In this document: positions 16,925 to 25,215 of the stretch, piece after piece
Position numbering within the stretch: position 1 is the stretch's first letter
Layout of the letters: each line of letters starts with the position of its first letter
Assembly (NCBI GenBank): GCA_041178425.1
Contig: JBEGVH010000039.1
Coordinates: 1-25,215, forward strand
DNA length: 25,215 nucleotides
Direction: 5' to 3'
DNA from: Pseudomonadota bacterium
Lineage (GTDB): Bacteria > Bdellovibrionota > Bdellovibrionia > Bdellovibrionales > Bdellovibrionaceae
The notes under the pieces: model-generated
What the model saw: the letters and a program-made list of their open reading frames with translations, nothing else
Told to the model about the DNA's origin: nothing
Database searches by the model: none
Made by a program: the position numbers and the translations under genes

Positions 16925-19078
16925 TCAATTGTAAAACGTGCGTTTTGTCTTCGCCATATTGCGAAGAGGGTTGTGTGGCTTCAATCGTGCGCCTTTGGCA
17001 ACAGCATAGGATTCAAGCTGATCAACAATATACTCAGTTCCAACCGAGTCAGCATACTTTAGCAAACCACCGCGAAAAGGAGGAAAACCAGTACCCATGA
17101 TCATCGCAAGATCCACTTCATGAGGTGTTTCAACAATGCGATCTTCGAGAAGAGCCAACGAGCATTCGTTGATCATCATGAAAACACCTCGCTCAATACA
17201 CTCTTTCGTTGTGAGGGGGTTGGTCGCTGGCTTTAATCCTAGCTCAGAATAAATTGATTGATCGACGGCGCCTCTGTTTCCCTTTTCATCGTAAAGGTAA
17301 AAACCTTTGTTGTTTTTTCGACCGAGACGACCTGTTTTTTCGAGAACCTCCATACATGGAGCCATTTCAATACGAGCACCGAAAGCCTTTTTGAAGATTT
17401 TTAGAACCTTAATGCAAACATCGAGTCCCACTTCATCCATCAACGCAAAGGGCCCCATGGGCATACCGAATTCTTTCACGTAGGCTTCATCAACCACTTC
17501 GATCGACATTCCCTCATTAAGCAAGAACGCTGCTTCCGACATGTAAGGCAAAAGCAAGCGATTCACCAAAAAGCCTGGGCCATCTTTAACAACAACAGGC
17601 ATTTTTCCCATGCGTTTAGAGAGTTCGAAAATTGTGGCCGTCGTCTCATCGCTGGTTTGCTCGCCGCGAATCACCTCGACGAGGGGCATTTTATGAACCG
17701 GGTTAAAAAAGTGCATTCCTGCAAAGTAGGCCGGATGAGGATGACCCTTTGCCATCTCGGTCACGCTCAAACTCGAGGTGTTTGTTGCGATAATCGCGTC
17801 GGGTCGCATATGCTTTGCCGTTTCGCCGATGACTTTCTTTTTGATTTCCATATCTTCAACAATAGCTTCAACAACTACGTCCATTTGCCCAAAACCAGCA
17901 AAATCAAGACCACCCGTTACCAAATCAATTTTCTGCTGAAACTCAAACTTATTGATGCTTCTGCGTTTTAACAACTTCGCCCACAAGTCGTAGGCGTGCT
18001 TAAAACCGCGAGACAAAGCTTCGTTATTGATATCTTTCATTCGAACATGAACACCTTTGTCAGCGGCCACGTAAGCAATACCACCTCCCATAGTGCCAGC
18101 CCCTAGAATACCGAGATGATCAACGTCTTTTGCTGTGGAAGTGGAACCTTCAGCAATGCCCGTTTGTTTTTTTACCATTTCAGTAAGATAAAACACATGA
18201 ATGAGACTTCGACTCACGTCGGTCAAAGCCATATCAGCAAAAGCTTCACGCTCAATACGAAGGGCTTCTGTTCTGTCGGCCATACCGTAAGTTTTACTAA
18301 TCACATCGACGGCTTTTAACGGCGACGGATAATGGCCGTGAGTACTCTTCAATACCGTTTCACGAGCCTTACTAAAGACCACAGGGCGTCCGACGAAACT
18401 TTCGAGAATGCTATTAACCATGCTTTTTGGTTTGTAGGTCGCTTTGCGTTTTTTACCACCCTTACTGACAATTTCTTTGGCCCATTTGATGGTTTCTTTT
18501 TCAAGAATTCCAGCGTGAACACATTTATCAACCAAGCCCATCTTAAGAGCCTTGGCTACGACAACCGTTTTTCCTTGCAGGATAATCTCAAGGGCCGCCT
18601 GCACACCCACCACGCGAGGAAGACGCACACAACCACCAAAACCAGGTATGATTCCTAATTTTGTTTCGGGAAGCCCAATCCGAGTGGAAGAGTCTTCTGA
18701 GGCGATTCGATAATCGCAAGCAAGGACCAGTTCACACCCTCCCCCCATACAAGCACCATGAATTGATGCAATGGTTGGCATCGGAAGGTCTTCAATCATA
18801 TTGATGATCGCTTGTCCGTTCTCAACAGCCTTAACAAACTCCTCACGCTTATTCATCGATTTGATCTCATCGATATCAGCACCCGCTATAAAAATTTTGT
18901 TCTTTTTTGAACGAAAAATGACAGCACGGGCTTTTGACGTTCGCACTTCGTCGAGAACCTCTTTGAGACGCATCATGATGGGCGTATTGAGTTTGTTGAC
19001 CTTCTCTCCGTAGAGATCAAAGTCGATAAAAGCGAGCTCTCCATCATAACTTAATTGAATGCTTTCTTGAATGCTCAT
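16925..19078 (-). CDS. fadJ: Fatty-acid oxidation complex alpha subunit (enoyl-CoA hydratase / 3-hydroxyacyl-CoA dehydrogenase), FadJ type
   Basis: FIAGADI, GGGCE, PETKLGIIPG, GAGTMGGGIA, NTSSL, GMHFFNP and GFPPFRGG motifs. Confidence 0.92.
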   Translation of the reverse strand: MSIQESIQLSYDGELAFIDFDLYGEKVNKLNTPIMMRLKEVLDEVRTSKARAVIFRSKKNKIFIAGADIDEIKSMNKREEFVKAVENGQAIINMIEDLPMPTIASIHGACMGGGCELVLACDYRIASEDSSTRIGLPETKLGIIPGFGGCVRLPRVVGVQAALEIILQGKTVVVAKALKMGLVDKCVHAGILEKETIKWAKEIVSKGGKKRKATYKPKSMVNSILESFVGRPVVFSKARETVLKSTHGHYPSPLKAVDVISKTYGMADRTEALRIEREAFADMALTDVSRSLIHVFYLTEMVKKQTGIAEGSTSTAKDVDHLGILGAGTMGGGIAYVAADKGVHVRMKDINNEALSRGFKHAYDLWAKLLKRRSINKFEFQQKIDLVTGGLDFAGFGQMDVVVEAIVEDMEIKKKVIGETAKHMRPDAIIATNTSSLSVTEMAKGHPHPAYFAGMHFFNPVHKMPLVEVIRGEQTSDETTATIFELSKRMGKMPVVVKDGPGFLVNRLLLPYMSEAAFLLNEGMSIEVVDEAYVKEFGMPMGPFALMDEVGLDVCIKVLKIFKKAFGARIEMAPCMEVLEKTGRLGRKNNKGFYLYDEKGNRGAVDQSIYSELGLKPATNPLTTKECIERGVFMMINECSLALLEDRIVETPHEVDLAMIMGTGFPPFRGGLLKYADSVGTEYIVDQLESYAVAKGARLKPHNPLRNMAKTKRTFYN

Positions 19079-19080
19079 TT

Positions 19081-20427
19081 TTACGCCTCCTTCTCAAGAA
19101 TCATAGAGCCACCCTGACCACCACCAATACAAAGTGTTGCAAGGCCAAACTGAACATCTCTTCGATGCATCTCTTTCATTAAGGTTACAACCAGGCGAGT
19201 GCCCGTCGCTCCCACAGGGTGCCCTAGAGCGATGGCGCCTCCATTGACATTAACAATATCGGGAGACACTCCGCCAATTTTGGAGTTTAATCCGAGTCGT
19301 TTCTGTGCAAAGTCATCACTATCGAAGGCTTTTAAACAAGAGAGAACTTGAGCAGCGAAGGCCTCGTTTAATTCAACGAGACCGATGTCTTTCATTGATA
19401 GACCCGCTCTCTTAAGTGCAACAGGCGTTGAATACGCAGGGCCCAAACCCATACGCTCTGGCTCAAGACCGGCAAAACCATAACTTCGAATAGTCGCTAA
19501 GGGCTTATAGCCAAGGGCTTTTGCCTTTTCTCGACTCATCAATAACACCGCCGCCGCCCCATCGGTGATCGGACAAGAGTTTCCAGCTGTGATTGTTCCG
19601 GTGGCGCGATCAAAAAATGGTTTTAATTTAGCAAGAGCTTCCATACTTTGACCATCTCGTGGGCCCACGTCATCATTAACCACATCGGAGAAGCTCGGTG
19701 GCAAAAAGACGGGAGCAATCTCAGGTCTGAGACGCCCTTCCTTCGTCGCCTTCACTGCTTTTTGATGACTCAACAAAGCAAAAGCATCTTGGTCTTCTCT
19801 CGAAAGACCAAATTCTTTGGCCAGAATTTCTGCAGTTTGCCCCATATTGATTCCAACAAAAGGATCCGTTAAACCTTTCACAACCCCAATGATGGGCTTG
19901 TAAGGGGTTTCTGCCAAGGGCGCCGTTGTTACCATATCTATGATTTGCTTCACGTCGGCCTTTAACAAGGATCCCAAAATTCCCAGACGCTGGCCTGCTG
20001 TTTTTGCGGCCCCCAGCTTTTCAAATAATTTTGTAAAGGCAGAGCTCATGAGGAGTGGCATTTGCGACATGCTCTCTGTACCACCGGCAATCACAACATC
20101 CATTGTGCCAGATTTGATTCGTTCGTATCCAGAGGCTATACTCTCCATTGCCGAAGCACAATTACGATGAACGGTGTAAGCTGACGTTTTGAGAGGAATC
20201 CCTGCGCCCAAAGCAACCACTCTTGACACATTCACGGCATCAACCGGGTTACCAGCGTTCCCCATAATAACCTCTTCAACCAAATTAACATCTAAATTGG
20301 TTCGAGCAATTAACTCTTTTAAAGCCGTTTTCCCTAGATCCGCGGGATGCACACTTTTTAAAACTCCACCCGACTTCGCAAAGGGGGTTCGCACACCATC
20401 AACAATCACAACATCTCTGCCAGACAT
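19081..20427 (-). CDS. fadI: 3-ketoacyl-CoA thiolase (FadI type)
   Basis: RTPF, catalytic RNCASA, NEAFAAQ, GHPVGATG and CIGGG. True start is ATG 20427 after GGAGGAA; the ORF-track start at 20577 is over-extended. Confidence 0.9.
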   Translation of the reverse strand: MSGRDVVIVDGVRTPFAKSGGVLKSVHPADLGKTALKELIARTNLDVNLVEEVIMGNAGNPVDAVNVSRVVALGAGIPLKTSAYTVHRNCASAMESIASGYERIKSGTMDVVIAGGTESMSQMPLLMSSAFTKLFEKLGAAKTAGQRLGILGSLLKADVKQIIDMVTTAPLAETPYKPIIGVVKGLTDPFVGINMGQTAEILAKEFGLSREDQDAFALLSHQKAVKATKEGRLRPEIAPVFLPPSFSDVVNDDVGPRDGQSMEALAKLKPFFDRATGTITAGNSCPITDGAAAVLLMSREKAKALGYKPLATIRSYGFAGLEPERMGLGPAYSTPVALKRAGLSMKDIGLVELNEAFAAQVLSCLKAFDSDDFAQKRLGLNSKIGGVSPDIVNVNGGAIALGHPVGATGTRLVVTLMKEMHRRDVQFGLATLCIGGGQGGSMILEKEA

Positions 20428-20601
20428 AGTATTTCCTCCACCATTTCTGCATCTAATTTCATCATGGTAGCTAAAGGAATTACCTAAGTCATTTTGAATA
20501 CATTGCATCAAACAGGAAGTTCTACCTAAGACGCCTCGCCTTGACATAAACTCTCTTTGTTGGCGGAATGGCATCAACTCTTAAAAATGAGGATCAGCAA
20601 A

Positions 20602-22914
20602 ATGAGTTTAGACAAAGAGGCCCTCGAGTATCACTCCCACCCACGCCCGGGTAAAATCGAAATTCACCCCACAAAACCCTGCAATACCGAAAAAGCGCTC
20701 TCTCTGGCTTATTCTCCTGGCGTAGCCGAACCGTGCAAAGTCATCGCTAAAGATCCACTGAAAGTTTACGAATACACGTCAAAGGGTAACCTCGTAGCGG
20801 TCATTTCGAATGGAACAGCCGTTTTGGGCCTTGGAAATATTGGCCCACACGCCTCAAAGCCCGTCATGGAGGGTAAAGGGGTTTTATTTAAGCAATTTGC
20901 CGGAATCGATGTTTTCGACCTCGAACTCAATGCCCCCGGTATTGAAGAGTTTATCAACGCCGTCAGAACCATGGAACCTACGTTCGGAGGCATCAATCTC
21001 GAAGACATAAAAGCTCCGGAGTGTTTTGAAATCGAAGAACGCCTCAAAGCCGAAATGAAGATTCCTGTTTTTCATGACGACCAGCACGGCACTGCTATCA
21101 TTTGTGGCGCGGCAATGATTAACGCCTGCGAGGTCACCCAACGAAAACTCGATCAAGTTCGAGTTGTTTTTAATGGAGCGGGCGCTTCAGCCAACTCCTG
21201 CGCACAAATCTTCGTGGCCCTCGGTGTGCGCCGAGAGAACATCGTGATGTGCGATTCCAATGGCGTCATCTACAAAGGACGCAAAGAGGGAATGAATAAA
21301 TACAAAGAAAGGTTTGCTTCTGATACGGAGGCTCGCAATCTACAGCAAGCCCTCGTGGGTGCAGATATCTTTGTGGGACTGAGTGTTGCTGGCGCTCTCA
21401 CTCCCGAAATGTTGGCGGGAATGAATAAGCAGCCTATCGTTTTTGCGATGGCCAATCCAGACCCAGAAATTCTTCCGGAGGCAGCAAAACGTGCCCGCCC
21501 CGACGTTATCATTGCCACCGGCCGATCTGACTTTCCAAACCAGGTTAATAATGTTCTAGGCTTCCCCTCGATCTTTCGCGGAGCCCTTGACACTCGCTCA
21601 ACTCAAATCAATGAGGCCATGAAATTAGCGGCAGTTAAGGCTCTGGCTCAGCTCGCTCGAGAAGATGTTCCAGAAAAAGTATCGGCGGCTTATGGCGGCA
21701 AACATTTTCGCTTTGGCGTTGATTATTTGATTCCCAAACCCTTCGACACTCGGGTTTTAAGACGAGTCGCTCCTGCCGTTGCTAAAGCCGCTATGGAGAC
21801 GGGCGTGGCCCAACACCAAATTACTGATTGGGAAGCCTACGCCGATAAACTTGAAGCGATTCAGGGGCCATCAAAAGCTTTTGTACGCACTGCTATTCAT
21901 AGAGTGAAGGCGCAGGCAAGCCAAGACCCCCATGGCCTGCCAAAGATTTTGTTTCCCGAAAGCTCGAGCCAAAAAATATTAAAAGCCCTACAAATAATCA
22001 AAGAAGAGGGCATCTGCGAGCCAATTCTCATCGGTGACCCAGCTCGTATTCGTGATCGAATGAAGGCCTACGACATCACTGGCCTAGATGACATTCCAAT
22101 CATTAGCCCCCACAAAAGCGAAAAGTACCAAGAGTATGCGCAAAAGCTGTTTGAAATGAGGCAGCGTAAAGGCGTAACGCTCAATGAAGCGGAGAGACTG
22201 TGCGGAATGACCGACTATTTTGCCGCCATGATGGTTCACGTAGGTGATGCCGATGGTCTTATCACGGGCGCCACGATGGATTACCCCACTGCAGTAAAAC
22301 CAATTCTTCAAATCATCGGTCGAAACAAAGAGAGCAATGCCAGCGGAATTAATTTTGTTCTCCTTGAAGATCGCTTTTTATTGCTAGCCGATACGACTGT
22401 AAACATTAACCCCTCCGCAGAAACTCTAGCCACGATGGCATGGCAGGCGGCTCGCATTGCCAAATACTTTCACCAAAGCCCAAGGGTTGCTATGTTGAGT
22501 TATTCGAATTTCTCCGGAAACGGCGAAACTCCTCTCAAAATGAAACGGGCCGCAGAAATTCTTCAGAAGCTTCACCCTGAGGTGCCCGTTGATGGCGACA
22601 TCCAGGCCGATACAGCCGTAAACACCGATATCATACAGAGAATTTTTCCCTTTTGTCGCATTCAAGAAGGTGCTAATATATTAATATTCCCGAACCTAGA
22701 GGCGAGTAATATCGCCTATAAGCTTTTACAACAATTGGGAAAGGTGGAAGTAATAGGTCCATTTTTAATGGGAATTAGAAAAGCCGCAAACGTTCTTCAG
22801 CGCACTACCACGGTGGAATCAATCGTTTCGACTGTCGTTCTCACCGCACTAGAAGCTCAATTTTATAGAGAGTATCACAAGAATGCTGACTCTAGCGAGA
22901 CCAACAAGCGATGA
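20602..22914 (+). CDS. maeB: NADP-dependent hybrid malic enzyme (malic enzyme + phosphotransacetylase-like domain)
   Basis: ALEYH, LAYSPGVAEPC, NGTAVLGLG, NLEDIKAPECF, FHDDQHGT and TGRSDFPNQVNN. PTA-like C-terminus (VAMLSYSNF, DGDIQAD, FPNLEASNIAYKL). ATG 20602 follows GAGGA. Confidence 0.96.
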   Translation: MSLDKEALEYHSHPRPGKIEIHPTKPCNTEKALSLAYSPGVAEPCKVIAKDPLKVYEYTSKGNLVAVISNGTAVLGLGNIGPHASKPVMEGKGVLFKQFAGIDVFDLELNAPGIEEFINAVRTMEPTFGGINLEDIKAPECFEIEERLKAEMKIPVFHDDQHGTAIICGAAMINACEVTQRKLDQVRVVFNGAGASANSCAQIFVALGVRRENIVMCDSNGVIYKGRKEGMNKYKERFASDTEARNLQQALVGADIFVGLSVAGALTPEMLAGMNKQPIVFAMANPDPEILPEAAKRARPDVIIATGRSDFPNQVNNVLGFPSIFRGALDTRSTQINEAMKLAAVKALAQLAREDVPEKVSAAYGGKHFRFGVDYLIPKPFDTRVLRRVAPAVAKAAMETGVAQHQITDWEAYADKLEAIQGPSKAFVRTAIHRVKAQASQDPHGLPKILFPESSSQKILKALQIIKEEGICEPILIGDPARIRDRMKAYDITGLDDIPIISPHKSEKYQEYAQKLFEMRQRKGVTLNEAERLCGMTDYFAAMMVHVGDADGLITGATMDYPTAVKPILQIIGRNKESNASGINFVLLEDRFLLLADTTVNINPSAETLATMAWQAARIAKYFHQSPRVAMLSYSNFSGNGETPLKMKRAAEILQKLHPEVPVDGDIQADTAVNTDIIQRIFPFCRIQEGANILIFPNLEASNIAYKLLQQLGKVEVIGPFLMGIRKAANVLQRTTTVESIVSTVVLTALEAQFYREYHKNADSSETNKR

Positions 22915-24179
22915 GCAATCAACCTCGCCTCATGGGAGAACAAGAAAAGGTCATCGTGGTGGGAGTCGGACTCAAAACCGAACCCGCTTCAGAAATCCGT
23001 GAGAATCTCGCAGAACTGACTGAACTTGTCGATGCTGCCGGCGGAGAGGTTGTAGGATCGGTCGTACAGATTTTGCCACAATGGAATCCTTCACTGCTGA
23101 TTGGCTCAGGAAAGGCCGAAGAAATACGCCAGATGGTGCTTGAGCTTCAGGTAACAGCAGTGATTTTTGATCATCAACTCAGTGGCGTGCAAGCCAGAAA
23201 CCTACAAAATTTATTTAACATTAAAGTCATTGATCGCAATCAACTCATTCTCGATATCTTTGCTCAACGAGCCAGAACATTTGAAGGTAAACTTCAGGTA
23301 GAACTTGCACAGATGCTCGATCAAATGCCGCGCATGGTGGATGCCTGGATGGGATCATTATCGCGTTTGGGCGGAGGCATCGGAACGAGAGGCCCGGGTG
23401 AAACGGCCCTCGAAAGTGATCGAAGGCGCATTCGCGAACGGGTTTCTCAAATTAAAAAGAAGCTCGATAGTGTTTCAAAAAATCGCGCTCAGCACCGCCA
23501 ATCCAGACGCCGAAATGAGATTCCAAGTTTTGCTATGATCGGCTATACTAACTCGGGCAAAAGCTCGCTCTTAAATCGTCTTACCGGTTCACAAGTGCTC
23601 GTTAAAAACCAAGTCTTTGCGACCCTCGATCCTACCACTCGTAAAGTGTTTTTGCCCAATTGCCCTCCTGCTGTGGTTACCGACACCGTGGGCTTTATAC
23701 GTAAACTTCCTCCGCAGCTCATCGAAGCCTTTAAGGCCACTCTCGAAGAAAGTGCCGAAGCCGACATCCTTCTGCACGTTGTTGATCTCTCTTCTCCTTC
23801 GATGCACCGTCAAATGGAGGTGGTCGAAGAACTTATTAAGGAGTTCGGATGGAGCGAGAAGCCAATTATTTACGTGTTTAATAAATTAGATGTCGCTCCG
23901 GTTGAAGCTCGTTTCAAAATAAAACAGTTTCCTCGAGTCTTCGTCAGCGCGCTCACGGGTGAAGGTCTTGACTCTCTTAAAGACATGATGGTTCAAAAAA
24001 TTGGCGAAATGCAAATGGATGTGCAACTGTATTTTCCACGCACCGAGGAACACCGAATCTTTGATCTTTCTCGCGAAACAAGAATCCTTCGCAAAGAGCC
24101 CGCTACAGAAGGCACCGTATGCTACGCGCAACTCACCCCCACCCTCATCAACCGATGGAAAGACTTTCTCGTTAAGTAG
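22911..24179 (+). CDS. hflX: Ribosome-splitting GTPase HflX
   Basis: LILDIFAQRART, GTRGPGE, GYTNSGKS, FATLDPT, DTVGF, AFKATLEE and NKLD. ATGA overlap with maeB. Confidence 0.97.
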   Translation: MSNQPRLMGEQEKVIVVGVGLKTEPASEIRENLAELTELVDAAGGEVVGSVVQILPQWNPSLLIGSGKAEEIRQMVLELQVTAVIFDHQLSGVQARNLQNLFNIKVIDRNQLILDIFAQRARTFEGKLQVELAQMLDQMPRMVDAWMGSLSRLGGGIGTRGPGETALESDRRRIRERVSQIKKKLDSVSKNRAQHRQSRRRNEIPSFAMIGYTNSGKSSLLNRLTGSQVLVKNQVFATLDPTTRKVFLPNCPPAVVTDTVGFIRKLPPQLIEAFKATLEESAEADILLHVVDLSSPSMHRQMEVVEELIKEFGWSEKPIIYVFNKLDVAPVEARFKIKQFPRVFVSALTGEGLDSLKDMMVQKIGEMQMDVQLYFPRTEEHRIFDLSRETRILRKEPATEGTVCYAQLTPTLINRWKDFLVK

Positions 24180-24201
24180 ATTATGGCGCTTGCTTTAAAG
24201 G

Positions 24202-24248
24202 GCGCCTCGGTTTGGATCGCTGTTAGATAGCGATCCAAACCGAGGCGC
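24202..24248. repeat. 20-bp perfect inverted repeat after hflX (REP-like element or terminator-like hairpin)
   Basis: GCGCCTCGGTTTGGATCGCT-gttagat-AGCGATCCAAACCGAGGCGC, with no strong U-tract on either side. Confidence 0.8.
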
Positions 24249-24387
24249 TCCATTTCAATCACTTTGCCAATCGTCATTACGAAGTGTGATCGCAGTCATA
24301 GTCAAAGAAGTAGGCACCTGTTAAAAAATTAGTTTTCACTATCCTCCTGGCAAAATCGTAAATCCTTAAAACAACAGTGACAGTTTT

Positions 24388-24403
24388 TGGCGCCGACCTT
24401 GCA
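24388..24403 (+). promoter_or_regulatory. Sigma54 (-24/-12) promoter candidate
   Basis: TGGCgccgaccTTGCA (GG-N10-GC), ending 26 bp before ATG 24430. Confidence 0.7.
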
Positions 24404-24429
24404 TCTTCCTTTACTAAACGGAGGCGCTT

Positions 24430-25215
24430 ATGAAAATCTCACTTCAATACAGCATCGTTGCTCTCTGCTTAACGGGTGCATTTACTAACTGCGCACAAAA
24501 TCAGACGAGCTTCGGAAAAATAAGCTCCGAGAGCCAAGTAGACCCATTAGGCTGTGATACTTCACAGGATCCTAATTGTGCCCAGCCTCCCGTTGTTCCT
24601 CCACCTCTTCCTACAAATACCCCAGTGCCACCAACGCCTCCGCCAGACACCACGAATCCCGAAGAAAGAAAGCAATGTAGCACTGGCTTTGTGTTTGGCT
24701 TACAAAACAGGATCGAGAATGGAACAGCCTATTGTGACCTCATGGAGATACGCTACTGCTTTGATGGAGTTTTGAATGGCACTTCAGGAAATTACACTTC
24801 GAATTCCTGTGTGACCAAAAACGTGTCTGTCGCCAGTTCACGCACTTGCACTTTAGATGGCAGAACTTTAGCCCATGGGCAAAATTCCGTTTTTTATCGC
24901 CGAAAAGTTATATCAGGAACCTCGAATTGTGTCGGACAAATTCGGGTTTGCGATAATGGTTTCTTAACCGGAAGCGACGAATTTTCAGCAGCCAGTTGTG
25001 GCAGCTCTGAATACAAAACTCCAGATGGACAGTTCAAAAACTGCTCTTTCAATGGCAGTGTGATCGCTGAAGGCGCAACAACCGTTGCCTACAAAACACC
25101 AAACGCTCTCAAACAATCAGATGGAACTTGGGCTTGTAACTTTAACGTTCGACGATGCATCGACGGAAAACTGGATGGCGATGCTCAAGACCCTTACAAT
25201 TACTCTGGATGCAAC
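24430..25215 (+). CDS. Cys-repeat surface lipoprotein, partial (runs off the window)
   Basis: Absent from the ORF track. GGAGG RBS; open for 262 codons to the window end. Begins MKISLQYSIVALCLTGAFTN-C, then a Pro/Thr linker and three 4-Cys repeats containing RxCxDGxLxG-like cores. Confidence 0.85.
   Translation, partial: MKISLQYSIVALCLTGAFTNCAQNQTSFGKISSESQVDPLGCDTSQDPNCAQPPVVPPPLPTNTPVPPTPPPDTTNPEERKQCSTGFVFGLQNRIENGTAYCDLMEIRYCFDGVLNGTSGNYTSNSCVTKNVSVASSRTCTLDGRTLAHGQNSVFYRRKVISGTSNCVGQIRVCDNGFLTGSDEFSAASCGSSEYKTPDGQFKNCSFNGSVIAEGATTVAYKTPNALKQSDGTWACNFNVRRCIDGKLDGDAQDPYNYSGCN

Noticed and set aside
16675..17100. ORFs 16675..16917 (-) and 16792..17100 (+)
   Set aside because: They stay open only because the palindromic element is GC-rich or because they shadow fadJ. 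No recognisable protein features.
20541..20569. Sigma70 promoter for maeB (TTGACA-N17-CGGAAT)
   Set aside because: Perfect -35 but poor -10; not supportable without TSS data.
20428..20601. Apparent overlap of thiolase (to 20577) and maeB (from 20557) ORFs
   Set aside because: Both starts are over-extended. RBS-supported starts at 20427 and 20602 leave a normal divergent intergenic region.
3029..24198. Remaining 60-125 aa ORFs nested in or antisense to the long genes
   Set aside because: They overlap well-supported genes and show no motifs; treated as chance ORFs.
24501..24775. Short ORFs 24501..24683 (-) and 24554..24775 (+)
   Set aside because: Alternative frames of the real lipoprotein ORF starting at 24430.

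Overview
Bacterial chromosomal window, most likely from a Bdellovibrionota (Bdellovibrio-like predator). This is inferred from the hybrid MaeB next to fadIJ and hflX, the F-x-N-C lipoprotein signal and the Cys-rich secreted proteins. Left to right it contains: a partial PAS histidine kinase plus OmpR-family regulator; a Crp-like protein with a zinc ribbon; a cadherin-like lipoprotein with one CxxCH motif; an atypical formyltransferase; oxyR divergent from ahpC-ahpF with a clear OxyR box; a nagK-nagA-nagB-II GlcNAc catabolic operon; a secreted metzincin; a GmhB-like phosphatase; a glycoside-hydrolase-like/B-lectin lipoprotein; fadIJ divergent from maeB-hflX; and a partial Cys-repeat lipoprotein. 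The most notable non-coding signal is a pair of sequence-related long perfect inverted repeats (16756-16913 and 24202-24248). Each sits just after an operon stop codon and about 125-140 bp upstream of a sigma54-type promoter driving a surface lipoprotein. No tRNA, rRNA, CRISPR array or transposase was seen. All calls come from reading motifs by eye, with no database searches.
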